Source of the DNA: an uncultured bacterium
GTDB lineage: Bacteria > Verrucomicrobiota > Verrucomicrobiia > Limisphaerales > UBA8199
DNA: 64,000 nt
Reading direction: 5' to 3'
Assembly: GCA_963749495.1 (NCBI GenBank)
Contig: CAVVMW010000001.1
Location: 96,001-160,000, forward strand
The first letter of the stretch is position 1. The number at the start of each line of letters is the position of its first letter. The notes under the pieces are model-generated. The model made no database searches and had not been told where the DNA came from. It saw nothing but the letters and a program-made list of their open reading frames with translations. This document shows positions 1 through 9,399 of the stretch, one piece after another. Both the position numbers and the translations under genes were made by a program.

Positions 1-1472
1 GCGGGGGGAGGCGGCGTTTCCTGCGGCGTGAATGCGGCGGAGACCGCGGGCGGGGCCGCTTTGGGGGCATTACTCTGCCCGCCCTGCTCTTCCTTGCCAT
101 TCTCATAGCGGATAACGACGCGGTTCTCCGGCATGAAGTATTTCTGTGCGACGCGCCGCACATCGGCGGCGGTTACGGCCTCCAAGCTGGCGATGGCGGT
201 GTTGACGCGTTCCGGGTCGCCGAAACTCACCGCGGCCTCGCCCAGCGCGAACGCCTGGCCCTGGGCGGTCTCCCGCGCTCGCAGCACATCGGACAGCAGG
301 AGGTTGCGGGCTTTCTCCAGTTCGGCGGCCGTCACGGGTTCTGTTTTGAGTTTCTCCAGTTCGGCGAGCGCCGCCAGTTCGGCGTCCGCGGCCGATTTTC
401 CGCCCGCCGTGACAATGTTCAACTCGAATAACCCGGCGCCATCGCGCAGATCAGCCTGCGCACCCGCCTCCACCGCGATCTGCTGGCGATAGACCAGTGA
501 CTGATTCAACCGGGACGATTCGCCCCGGCTTAGAATCACCTCAGCGACCCGCAGGGGGTCCGTATCTCGGCTTTTGCGCGGCGGCAACAGGTAGGTGATG
601 GCGGTGGCGGGCAGCGGCACATTGGGGGCGCTCGTGTTGAAGCGGGCCTCCTTTGCGCGGGCGGGTTCGGCCACCGTGACGCGGGGAATCTCCGTTGCGG
701 GCTTTGCGATGCGTCCGAAATACCTGTCCACCCAGGCGTCCAGTTGCCCCGGGTCGAAGTCGCCCGAGACGATCAGCGTTGCGTTATCGGGGCGGTAGTA
801 GGTCTCATGGAACTTTCGCACGTCCTCGATGGTCGCCGAATCCAGGTCGGCTATCGAACCGATTACGCCGCGCTTGTAGGGGTGAACGGCGAACGAGTGC
901 TGGTTCACGTAAAGCTCAAGCCGGCCATACGGCCTGGCAAGAATGCTCTGGCGGTATTCCTCCTCGACAACCGCCCGCTCCGAGACAAAGTTCGCGTTGT
1001 CGACGCTCAGATTCGCCATCCGGTCCGCCTCGGCCCAAATCAGCGGCTCCAAATAGTTGGAGGGAACCGTCTCGTGATAAACTGTCACATCGTCCTGGGT
1101 GAAGGCGTTGTTCGCTCCGCCGACGTCCTCGGTCAGGCGGTCGAAGTTTTCGCTCTTCTGGTTCCTCGTGGATTTGAACATCATATGTTCAAACAGGTGG
1201 GCAAACCCGGACCGGCCCGCGGGGTCGTCCTTGCCCCCCACGTGATACCAGACCTGAATCGCCACAGTCGGACTCCGATGGTTTTCGATGGAAAGAACCG
1301 TCAACCCGTTGGCGAGCGCCCGCTGCCGATATTTGAGGGGCGCGATTTTCAACGACGCCGGGGCGAGGTCCGTTTGCGCTCGGACCGGGGGCCAAACGCC
1401 CTGCAAAACTCCCAGAACCGCGCCGGCCCAAACCGCGCGAACGAACAAACCGGAAAAATTCGCTGCTTTCAT
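1..1472 (-). CDS. M16 family (insulinase/pitrilysin-like) zinc peptidase, secreted; 3' end beyond the window
   Basis: Manual translation from ATG 1472: signal peptide, then LANGLTVLSIENHRSPTVAIQVWYHVGGKDDPAGRSGFAHLFEHMMFK (HxxEH) and NAFT...YHETVP. Absent from the ORF track because no stop codon lies in the window. Confidence 0.93.
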   Translation of the reverse strand, partial: MKAANFSGLFVRAVWAGAVLGVLQGVWPPVRAQTDLAPASLKIAPLKYRQRALANGLTVLSIENHRSPTVAIQVWYHVGGKDDPAGRSGFAHLFEHMMFKSTRNQKSENFDRLTEDVGGANNAFTQDDVTVYHETVPSNYLEPLIWAEADRMANLSVDNANFVSERAVVEEEYRQSILARPYGRLELYVNQHSFAVHPYKRGVIGSIADLDSATIEDVRKFHETYYRPDNATLIVSGDFDPGQLDAWVDRYFGRIAKPATEIPRVTVAEPARAKEARFNTSAPNVPLPATAITYLLPPRKSRDTDPLRVAEVILSRGESSRLNQSLVYRQQIAVEAGAQADLRDGAGLFELNIVTAGGKSAADAELAALAELEKLKTEPVTAAELEKARNLLLSDVLRARETAQGQAFALGEAAVSFGDPERVNTAIASLEAVTAADVRRVAQKYFMPENRVVIRYENGKEEQGGQSNAPKAAPPAVSAAFTPQETPPPP

Positions 1473-1526
1473 GCGGATATGAGTCCTTGTTTTTCACACT
1501 TTTGTCAACGTGCAGGTTGCATGGAA

Positions 1527-1794
1527 GGTGCGATTAAAACTGTGGGGCATGCGTTCCGCTAGTTTTGTCCCGGAGGGACATGTGACAATAGCCCGGCGTT
1601 TCAACGCCGGGGAAGCCGCAGAAGGGACCCTCGTCCCGAAAGGACGACTGAGAACACGCCCCGCTTTCAGCCGTCCCTTCGGGACGGACCAGCTCCTTGG
1701 GTCCGCTCACCCGGCGTTGAAACGCCGGGCTATTCTCTGATGTCCCTCCGGGACAGAACTCCCGAGGCCCATGCCCGACGGTTTTAATCGCACC
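1527..1794. repeat. MITE/REP-like nested palindromic element with 25-bp terminal inverted repeats
   Basis: GGTGCGATTAAAACtGTgGGGCATG (1527-1551) matches the reverse complement of 1770-1794 at 23/25. Internal hairpins GTCCCggagGGAC and CCCGGCGTTTCAACGCCGGG; the core recurs at 27800-27987. Confidence 0.75.
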
Positions 1795-1983
1795 CTCTCA
1801 TGGAAGCATCAGTTCCCGCTTTTCAAACGGGTTGACCGTCGCGTGTTTTCCGGCAGACCCAATTACTAACAAGGCCGCTTTGGAGCTTTCGGGGTGCGAC
1901 AATGGGGTCAACATTTCCACCCTTGGCCCTTGCGACGCCGCCGCTTCCTGTGCTGGCCTGGCGAGAACACCTCAGCAGAATCT

Positions 1984-3462
1984 TTAGGGCGAGAGCATCA
2001 CCCGGTAAAACCGCCGTGGGGCGTTCGTGACGGAGTCGGTGGCGCTGAGCGTCGCGCCGGTTGCGGTGACGGCGCTGCCCAAGTCGGTCCAGTTGGTCCA
2101 ACTCAAGTCGGAACTGCACTGCGGCTGATAGGTCCCTCCAGCCTCCGTGCTCCAAGTCAGACCCAGCGCGCCGTTGGTCAGAGTCAGGGCCTGGAGCACC
2201 GGCGCCGCCGGCACAATAGTCAGCCGGAAAACCGTCCCATTGGTGTAGGTGCCGCCGAGGTAAGTCGTGCCATAGAAATTGCCGTCCCTGCCCTGAACGA
2301 GAGCGGCCTGGGGATTTGCGCCATCCAGGGCCTCGCCACTCGCATTAGTAATCGAGCCGAAAGCATAAAGGGTCGTCAGCGCCCCATTGGTGCTGATCTT
2401 GAACGCGGTGCCCCGGCCGTTTGTGCCGCCGTTTTGGGTCGTGCCATAGAAATTGCCGTCCCTGCCCTGCACCAGCCCATTGGGACCCGCGCCATCATTG
2501 CGGCCGGTGAATGAATACAAACTGGTCAGCGCCCCACTGGGGCTGATTTTGAACACGGTGTCTCCTGCTGTGCCATAGAAATAGCCGTCGCTGCCCTGAA
2601 CGAGAGCGGCGTCGGGATGTGCGCCATCATTGCCGCCGGTGAATGAATACAAACTGGCCAGCGCCCCACTGGGGCTGATTTTGAACACGGTGCCATCGCC
2701 ATTCGTGCCGCCGTATCCGGTCGTGCCGTAGAAATTCGCGTCACTGCCCTGCACCAGCGCGGCCATGGGCCATAAGCCATCCTTGCCGCCGGTGAATGAA
2801 TACAAACTGGTCAGCGCCCCACTGGGGCTGATTTTGAACACAGTGCCCGCGCTGTTAGTTCCGCCCTGGCCTGTCGTGCCATAGAAATTGCCGTCGCTGC
2901 CCTCCACTAGCGCGGCGTCTGGATACCAGCCATCCTCGCTGGTGAATGAATACAAACTGGTCAGCGCCCCACTGGGGCTGATTTTGAACACGGTGCCAGG
3001 TCCCCCGTACGGTGACTCGATGTTTCCTTGTGTCGTGCCGTAGAAATTGCCGTCGCTCCCCTCCACCAGGCCACTGGCACCCGCGGGGAACGCGGTCGCA
3101 GCAGGGAAAGAATACAAACTGGTCAGCGCCCCATTGGGGCTGATTTTGAAGACGGTGCCATAACCGTGAATGTCGGCCGTGTTCCCAGGGGGCTCATGGA
3201 TGTGGTTCGTTAGGCCGCCGCTCCAAGTTGTGCCATAGAAATTGCCGTCGCTGCCTTGCACGAGCGCGGCGTCTGGATTTGCGCCATCGGTGCCAGCGAA
3301 AGAATGCAAAGTGGTTAAGACCACCCCGGCCTGTGCCCCAAAAAGCGGCAGCGCGAGCGCGGCTGCCCAGAGCAGTCGCACCTTGCTGGCGCAGGCTGCG
3401 CTCAAGCGGGTGGTCATCGTCTCCGGGCAGGTTGTTCTGGCAGTTGAGGTTTGTGTTTTCAT
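1984..3462 (-). CDS. Secreted GloVer (Gloeobacter/Verrucomicrobia) tandem-repeat beta-propeller protein with C-terminal RFYR domain
   Basis: About 7 repeats of LVQGSDGNFYGTT...GTVFKISPSGALTSLYSF; signal peptide ending AQA; start taken at ATG 3462 after a GGAGG-like site. Confidence 0.88.
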   Translation of the reverse strand: MKTQTSTARTTCPETMTTRLSAACASKVRLLWAAALALPLFGAQAGVVLTTLHSFAGTDGANPDAALVQGSDGNFYGTTWSGGLTNHIHEPPGNTADIHGYGTVFKISPNGALTSLYSFPAATAFPAGASGLVEGSDGNFYGTTQGNIESPYGGPGTVFKISPSGALTSLYSFTSEDGWYPDAALVEGSDGNFYGTTGQGGTNSAGTVFKISPSGALTSLYSFTGGKDGLWPMAALVQGSDANFYGTTGYGGTNGDGTVFKISPSGALASLYSFTGGNDGAHPDAALVQGSDGYFYGTAGDTVFKISPSGALTSLYSFTGRNDGAGPNGLVQGRDGNFYGTTQNGGTNGRGTAFKISTNGALTTLYAFGSITNASGEALDGANPQAALVQGRDGNFYGTTYLGGTYTNGTVFRLTIVPAAPVLQALTLTNGALGLTWSTEAGGTYQPQCSSDLSWTNWTDLGSAVTATGATLSATDSVTNAPRRFYRVMLSP

Positions 3463-3854
3463 AGTTTTCGACCTCCTGGATTGATAGCCGATAGAATTTG
3501 CTCTTTGAGGCGCCGCCTCTCCATCGAGGCTGCGGGCATGAGGGAGAATGGAAAAAGCATTGTTCGTCTTCGTAGCATGCCGAACAGGCGGCCACCATGC
3601 CGGACGCGGGTGTGAGCTCCCCCGCGGTGAGCACTCCACTCATGCTCGCCCGAAGCCCATCTCGCAATTGCCGCCGCCAATTCCATAATCACCCGGCACC
3701 CGAACAAGACCGCCACGAAACCGGCAAACCCTGGCGCCCCCGACGCTGAGTTCTACCCGGTTGCCCCGTCCATTATCAGAAATGAAATCCCAGGAGGTGT
3801 CAAGTAGGATCTTTCAAGGTTCATCGCCGCGAAGTTGCATCCCGGTTCTGCCCC

Positions 3855-4208
3855 CGGAGTGCGCCCGTGCCCGTGCGCAGCAGCGACGGAGCGGGCAGGC
3901 CCACTGGAGTGCTTGACCGCTGCCCTGGCTCCGGACGTCGCTGCGCCCGGGACGGGCGCACTCCGGTCCCGCCCCGACGGTGGGGGCAGTGTCGGGAAGC
4001 GCCCCAGGGCCGAAGGCCCGCCATGTGATAGCCCGGGCTGGAGCGGAGCGGAGGCCCGGGTAAGCCAGTGCCCCTCGAAAAGGCCGGGCCTGTAAGGCCG
4101 GGACCTTATGGCGCCCCTACAGGGCACGCCAGATTCTGGCGCGATGACCTGGGCCTTCGCTCGCAAGCTCGCTCCAGCCCAGGCTGTCACATTTCGGGCT
4201 TTCAGCCC
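3855..4208. repeat. Two intergenic REP-like palindromic elements
   Basis: GGAGTGCGCCCGT...GACGGGCGCACTCC (about 3855-3966) and GGGCCGAAGGCCC...GGGCTTTCAGCCC with internal inverted arms (about 4005-4208). Confidence 0.55.
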
Positions 4209-4681
4209 GAGGACGGGCGCATCTCGGGCGCAGTCTAGGGATGCGCCCGCCCGCCGCCGCGCCGATACGGACCGGGAGCGGTTCGGTCTGATTTTAACAA
4301 TGCCATTCGAGTCAGAGTTCATTTTCAGTGCGGCAGCCCATCTGCCCACCACTAATCAATACGAGATTCCGGGGAGAAAAGGGTCAAAGATGTTTCGAAG
4401 AACGCAAAGAACGCAAAGAAACGCGTTCATCCTCGGCCTGGTCCTGTTGCAGGTCGTGTTGTTCCTGCTGGTGCTGCTCTTTTTGCCCAAGCGGTGAGCG
4501 GCCAATGGGGCCCTGCGCGACCAAGCTCGCGAAGCGTTTTGGACTGCCGCAGTCCAAAACCTTGCGGGCTTCTCCACCTCTGCCTCGCGGCCCTTTGGGC
4601 CGGGGATTGACTGCCGCAGGTTGCAGCTTGGGTTCGCAGCCGTATTGGGCCCAAGGGCAAAAAGAAAGTTGAAGAATATTG

Positions 4682-4710
4682 TTGACACAAATCAGTTTGC
4701 AGTGCAAACT
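4682..4710 (+). promoter_or_regulatory. sigma70-like promoter with overlapping perfect palindromic operator
   Basis: TTGACA (4682-4687), N17, CAAACT; AGTTTGCA-G-TGCAAACT (4694-4710); ATG at 4718. Confidence 0.6.
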
Positions 4711-4717
4711 AGATTGT

Positions 4718-5365
4718 ATGAAAGATCAACTTCGGAATTACATGGACCGCCCCAAGCGTTACGAGAACATCGACGGGACCGGCGAGATGAGCATGGGCGT
4801 GATGCTGCTGTGCTTTGCCTTCGTGGGCTACGTGTCGGCCGTCCTGCCAGAGTGTGCGCTGTGGCGGAAGAACGGGCTCGCCACTTTCACCTTCCTCCCG
4901 GTAGTCTTCATACCGCTCTGGGCTTTCCAACACTGGGGAGTGAAAGCCATCAAGAAGCGCTTCACCTGGCCGCGCACCGGCTATGTCGCCCACCGCCGAA
5001 GCGGATGGGACTGGTGGATGTTGGTTGCCGTGGTCGCCGTGCTTGGGGCGGGTTCCGCCTGCCTGATGGCGCTCGCAAGGCGGTTCCATGCGCTGAGCCT
5101 TGAGCGGGGGGTCTATCTGGCCGTCCTGCTGGCGGTGTACGCGTTCTTTGTCTCCCGCTGGAGCAGGGAACACGCGTGGAAATGGCTGGTGGTCATCTTT
5201 ATGGGGCTGGGGCTGCTGGCGATTGGTCTCGTCGTGCCCGGAGGCGCTGTCCAGTCGTTCCCGCCTGCGGCGTTGTTCCTTGGCCTTGTATGGCTTGGGT
5301 CCGGCCTGGCCACTCTGTATTCCTACGTTCGGCACACACAACTGCCCGCCCCTGAAGCAGAATGA
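4718..5365 (+). CDS. Integral membrane protein (about 6 TM), unknown function
   Basis: Multiple hydrophobic segments; PRTGYV motif; stop overlaps the next start (ATGA). Confidence 0.8.
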   Translation: MKDQLRNYMDRPKRYENIDGTGEMSMGVMLLCFAFVGYVSAVLPECALWRKNGLATFTFLPVVFIPLWAFQHWGVKAIKKRFTWPRTGYVAHRRSGWDWWMLVAVVAVLGAGSACLMALARRFHALSLERGVYLAVLLAVYAFFVSRWSREHAWKWLVVIFMGLGLLAIGLVVPGGAVQSFPPAALFLGLVWLGSGLATLYSYVRHTQLPAPEAE

Positions 5366-5715
5366 ACGAGCAACTTCGAGCTATTTCCGAACTGGACCGG
5401 GTCATTCATGAACCCGCGCGGCTGATGATCGTGGCCCTGCTCGCGGTGGTGAAGGAATGCGACTTCCTCTACCTGCTGCACGAAACCGAGATGAGCAATG
5501 GCAACCTGTCCAGCCACCTCACCCGGTTGGAAGAGGCCGGCTACGTCGAAATCGAGAAGACGTATCGCGGCAAGGTGCCCCAGACCCTGTTGCGGCTGAC
5601 GCGCGCCGGCCGCGCGGCGTTCGAGCATTACCGCAAGGCATTGAAGGCCGCGTTTTCAGCCGCACGCTCCGTTCCTCAGGCCGGGGGGGCCGGGGGAGCC
5701 GTCCAGATCCGTTGA
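5362..5715 (+). CDS. Winged-helix transcriptional regulator (ArsR/MarR-like, HTH_34 type)
   Basis: LDRVIHEPARLMIVALL...GNLSSHLTRLEEAGYVEIEK...LTRAGRAAF. Confidence 0.9.
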   Translation: MNEQLRAISELDRVIHEPARLMIVALLAVVKECDFLYLLHETEMSNGNLSSHLTRLEEAGYVEIEKTYRGKVPQTLLRLTRAGRAAFEHYRKALKAAFSAARSVPQAGGAGGAVQIR

Positions 5716-5928
5716 TTCCTGTGTTACGCCCACCGAAAGGAGGGCCGTTGCCAAGGCCTGCGCCGCACTGGCCTCCACCGCCCGCGAGCGGGGAGTTTGG
5801 GTTTTAAGGGAGGCAAAACCGACAATGTCTTCTGTTCTTGAATCAAAGCCAGGCAGCGCTCTATAAAGGGGCATGCAAAAAGACCTTGGGCCCGACCGTT
5901 GGGCTTTGGCTGTTCACGTTAGCTGCCG

Positions 5929-8184
5929 TTGGGTGCCTCTAAGCCAGGTCTGCTCCTTGAAGCTGCGCCCGGGCTTCGACGCTTTCTTTGCCGCACACGG
6001 GGGCAAGCGCCCCAGGACGGGGATCAAAAGGCGCCAGGGTGCCAGAAAGTCAATACGGTGAGCTCATGGGGCGAGGACCAGCGGCACTCATCGGTTTCCG
6101 ATGAGGTTCGAGGATCGATTCGGACGGTGGCCGAGCAGATCCATGGCGCCGGAAACTGCCACGCCATCATGCTGGGTACACACGCGATCTGGCTCCTGGT
6201 CAGCAGTCGGGCTTTCGGAGGGACTGTTGCCTTGCTGGCGGCACTGGCCGAGAGCTTCACGAAAGAGGCAGCGGTCTTGCGCGCAGCTTATTCCTCTGCG
6301 GATGGAATCGGGGCCTTGGGCCGAGGCTGGGCGTTGCTCCGGGCCGGCAGGCCCGGAGAGGCCGGCGAGTCATTCGGGGCCGTCCCTTCCTTGGACGGCG
6401 CGGGGGGGATGATTTCCTGCGTGGCGAAGTGCGGGCAAACGATGGCCTCGGCGTTGAGCAACAAACATCGACTTGCGAAGAACCAACTTGCCGCGGCCCG
6501 CGCGATTGCCCCTGGCTTTGCGACGCCGGACCCCGGTTTGCTGGGCTGGCTGGACTTTACGGAGGCCCTGAGCCTGTACCGGCGAGGCCGCTACGCTGCG
6601 GCGCTCGAGAAGATCGCGCGGAGCCACCGGGCGTTTCGGTCGCCGTTTGCCCCCGAGATCTGGGACTTTCCGGGGTTCGAGGCGGAGGTTCTGCTCCTGG
6701 AAGCGAAGACCCTTCGGGAAATGGCCTTGTATGGCCAGGCGTTGGACGCGGCTCGCGACGATGTGGAACTGCGCGAACAGAACAACGATTTACAGGGCCT
6801 GGTCTGGGCATTGGTCGAGGAGGCGCGCATCCTTCGATTCATGTCGAACCTCAAGGACGCGCGCCGCCAGTTGCGCAGGGCCCAGCGTTTGCTGCAAACC
6901 ACGGACCATTGGGATTTGTTGTCGCGGGTGGAGGACCAACTCGGCGACCTGGCGCGTGGTGAAGGGGACCTGGCCCGAGCCGAGCGGCATTACCTGGAGG
7001 CGGAGCGGTTAGGGCGCCAAACGGACGACCCCAAGCTGCGAGGCCACGTGGCGAATTCCCGCGCCCGCTTGCTGGAGGATCAGAACCGAGGCCAAGAGGC
7101 ATTGGACCTCCTGCGGCGGCACCAAGACACCTGGCGCGGGTCCAGGGCCCTCGGCAAGTACCTCTACCTCAAAGGCAGCCTCCACTTCCGCGTCGGCGAC
7201 GAAGCGGAGGCGGAGCGGTGCCTCGTTCGAGCGGTTGCCACGTTGCGCCACTGCGGCATGCAAAGCTATGAAGCCCTGGCGCATTGGCGCCTGGCCGAGG
7301 TGCTGCTGACACAGGGCAAGAAGGAGGAGGCTTGCCGCGAATGGGCGGCCGCCCTGCGTATCGCCCCGCGAGTTGAAGCCGAGGCCTTCCTGCGCAAGAT
7401 GCAGGAGCGCGTTCGTGAGCTGCGGGCGGTTGATTTGCTGGAGGTGGTGTCCCAGTTGCTCGAGGAACGCGCGCGGCTACAGGCCCAATCCCAGGAGGTT
7501 CGCGCAGAAGCGGCACAAGCTGAGGACCGCAGTTTTCACGAGCGGTACGCGATAGGCCATTGGCTCATTCGGCCTTTGGGGGCCAGCCTCCGGGCCTCCA
7601 AGCCGCCGCCTGAGGGTCTGCCGCCGGTCTTAAAACAGTTCTGCCTGCTGCTGGACAACGCCGTCTGGTTCAGCCAGGAACTCGCCCGTTCGCCGGCGCG
7701 CCCGCTTGAAGACATCGATGTTCCGAGCCTAATCCAGGGCCTGTTAGGCGGAGCGGGGGATCTGGGGCAGGACTTCAAAGTCCTGCTGCCGGATAACCCG
7801 GTGATTGTTCGATCACAACGCCTCTACCTGGGGCAAGCCTTGCTGGCGCTGTTCCGCGGGGCCAAAACGGCTTTCGGGACACGGCAGATGCGCTTGCTTT
7901 TGTCCACGCCCGACGGCGTCGGTTCGCCCGGCATTTTGCGCTTCGTGCTGGAGAGTCCGGCGCCGGCGGGGTTCGAGCACGCTGCGCGATTGGTGGCGCT
8001 GGATTCGGCCCCGGACGATCCGAAATTGGCGGGGTTTTTCAAGAAAGGTTACACGGGCGATTTCACGCTCTTGGATTTTCTGGTCGGCGTGGCCTTGTGG
8101 GGCAAGCTGACCTTCGACACCCCGACAAGCAGTGTCAACCTCACCCTTCCGGGCCGCGAAAGAAAGGAGAAGGACCATGATTGA
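5929..8184 (+). CDS. TPR-repeat protein with C-terminal degenerate histidine-kinase-like region (start uncertain, alternative ATG 6169)
   Basis: Many TPR-like helices (e.g. LGDLARGEGDLARAERHYLEA); coiled coil; H-box-like IGHWLIRPL; degenerate N-box LGQALLALFRGA. Confidence 0.65.
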   Translation: MGASKPGLLLEAAPGLRRFLCRTRGQAPQDGDQKAPGCQKVNTVSSWGEDQRHSSVSDEVRGSIRTVAEQIHGAGNCHAIMLGTHAIWLLVSSRAFGGTVALLAALAESFTKEAAVLRAAYSSADGIGALGRGWALLRAGRPGEAGESFGAVPSLDGAGGMISCVAKCGQTMASALSNKHRLAKNQLAAARAIAPGFATPDPGLLGWLDFTEALSLYRRGRYAAALEKIARSHRAFRSPFAPEIWDFPGFEAEVLLLEAKTLREMALYGQALDAARDDVELREQNNDLQGLVWALVEEARILRFMSNLKDARRQLRRAQRLLQTTDHWDLLSRVEDQLGDLARGEGDLARAERHYLEAERLGRQTDDPKLRGHVANSRARLLEDQNRGQEALDLLRRHQDTWRGSRALGKYLYLKGSLHFRVGDEAEAERCLVRAVATLRHCGMQSYEALAHWRLAEVLLTQGKKEEACREWAAALRIAPRVEAEAFLRKMQERVRELRAVDLLEVVSQLLEERARLQAQSQEVRAEAAQAEDRSFHERYAIGHWLIRPLGASLRASKPPPEGLPPVLKQFCLLLDNAVWFSQELARSPARPLEDIDVPSLIQGLLGGAGDLGQDFKVLLPDNPVIVRSQRLYLGQALLALFRGAKTAFGTRQMRLLLSTPDGVGSPGILRFVLESPAPAGFEHAARLVALDSAPDDPKLAGFFKKGYTGDFTLLDFLVGVALWGKLTFDTPTSSVNLTLPGRERKEKDHD

Positions 8185-8683
8185 TCCCATTGAACCGAGG
8201 CCAAAGACCATCCTATTCATCGAAGATCAAGAGTTGCACTACGAGCAAGTGGCTGCCTATCTGCGGCTGCACGGCTACCAGTGCCGGCGAATTGCCCGGG
8301 CGGGAGCCTGGCAGATCCGGCGCACAGCCCTCGAACTCCAACCGGTTGCGGCCGTGGTCGACTTTGTTCTCTTGAGCACGTCGCAACGCAAATTGGACAG
8401 GCTGGCAGAGGACCACCTCCGTCGCCAACCTGAAGTTGCCCCGGAGGACGCGTCCATTGGCGAGGAGCATTATGGGATCGAAAGCATTCCCATCCTGCGC
8501 GCGGCTTGCCCAGGGATAAAAATCCTGGTTTGCACCCAATACGCCAAGCCAGACGAACTGTCCAGGCAAGCGCTGTTGTATAAGGCGGACGCCGGCGTCC
8601 CCAAGCAACGCGACCAGGAGGGAAAACTCCTGGACCGCAACGCCCAGGAGATCGCGGCCAAGGTCCGGGAGTTGGTCGAGTGA
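8177..8683 (+). CDS. Stand-alone response-regulator receiver (CheY-like) with an insertion
   Basis: ILFIEDQ...AAVVDFVL...ILVCTQY...GVPK; RBS AGGAG upstream; overlaps the previous stop. Confidence 0.8.
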   Translation: MIDPIEPRPKTILFIEDQELHYEQVAAYLRLHGYQCRRIARAGAWQIRRTALELQPVAAVVDFVLLSTSQRKLDRLAEDHLRRQPEVAPEDASIGEEHYGIESIPILRAACPGIKILVCTQYAKPDELSRQALLYKADAGVPKQRDQEGKLLDRNAQEIAAKVRELVE

Positions 8684-8840
8684 CCGCGCACAGGCCCCGG
8701 GGAACCTGTTCATCCGGGCGGTTTGCTCCCGGGCGATTCGCCCGCATCGCGCGCGCGGCCCTGGAAGCGCAGCAAAAGCGGGCGGAGTGGATGGCCGGAC
8801 AGAAACGGTCAGCGCGGAGGGAAATCAGCCCGCGATTGGA

Positions 8841-9131
8841 TCAGGCCTGAGGTGGGACAATCCGATAGCCCAGTTTCAGAATCGCCTTCAACGTGCCGAG
8901 TGCCGCGACGCGGTCGCATTCCTTTTCGCTCTCCGGCAAGTCCGCGTAGGGGACAAGGCAGGGGTGGAGCTTCCGTGTGTCGTCCCGGTGGGGGCCAAAG
9001 CGCCAGCCTTGGGCGAGCCGTTGGGAAGCCCAAAGATCGTGGGCATTCTCAGCGAGGCGCTCGATTAGCGGCAAGAGAGCGGGAAGAAGGTCCACACCCC
9101 CGGTCGCAATGGGTTGAGGCTGGTAGCTCAT
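8841..9131 (-). CDS. Stand-alone RyR (ryanodine receptor repeat) domain protein
   Basis: YQPQPI...LIERLAENAHDLWASQRLAQGWRFGPHRDDTRKLHPCLVPYADLPESEKECDR...LKLGYRI matches the RyR repeat consensus. Confidence 0.93.
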   Translation of the reverse strand: MSYQPQPIATGGVDLLPALLPLIERLAENAHDLWASQRLAQGWRFGPHRDDTRKLHPCLVPYADLPESEKECDRVAALGTLKAILKLGYRIVPPQA

Positions 9132-9238
9132 GGGCCGCATGGTAAAGACGGGGTGAACCTTTGAAAAGCACGAAGAAACGTCGCGAGATCCTCGGGGTGC
9201 ATCTTGACCGGACCACCACGCCCGAACGCCTAAGGATT

Positions 9239-9399
9239 GGAGCGCGGACTTCAGTCCGCTTATGGCGTCCGACGGCTCGCCCGGCGCGGGTATCTTCCGA
9301 GGCCGGTCCTCCGGCCGCTTCCCTGAACGTTGAACACCTCAGCCGGATCAAGCGCGGGGTGGTGCTTGGGCGGCCTAAGCGGACTAAAGTCCGCGCTCC
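9239..9399. repeat. REP-like inverted repeat pair
   Basis: GGAGCGCGGACTTCAGTCCGCTTA ... TAAGCGGACTAAAGTCCGCGCTCC. Confidence 0.7.

Noticed and set aside
2230..3300. Regularly spaced near-identical DNA repeats resembling a CRISPR array
   Set aside because: They are the in-frame coding repeats of the GloVer protein, and the intervening sequence is also homologous.
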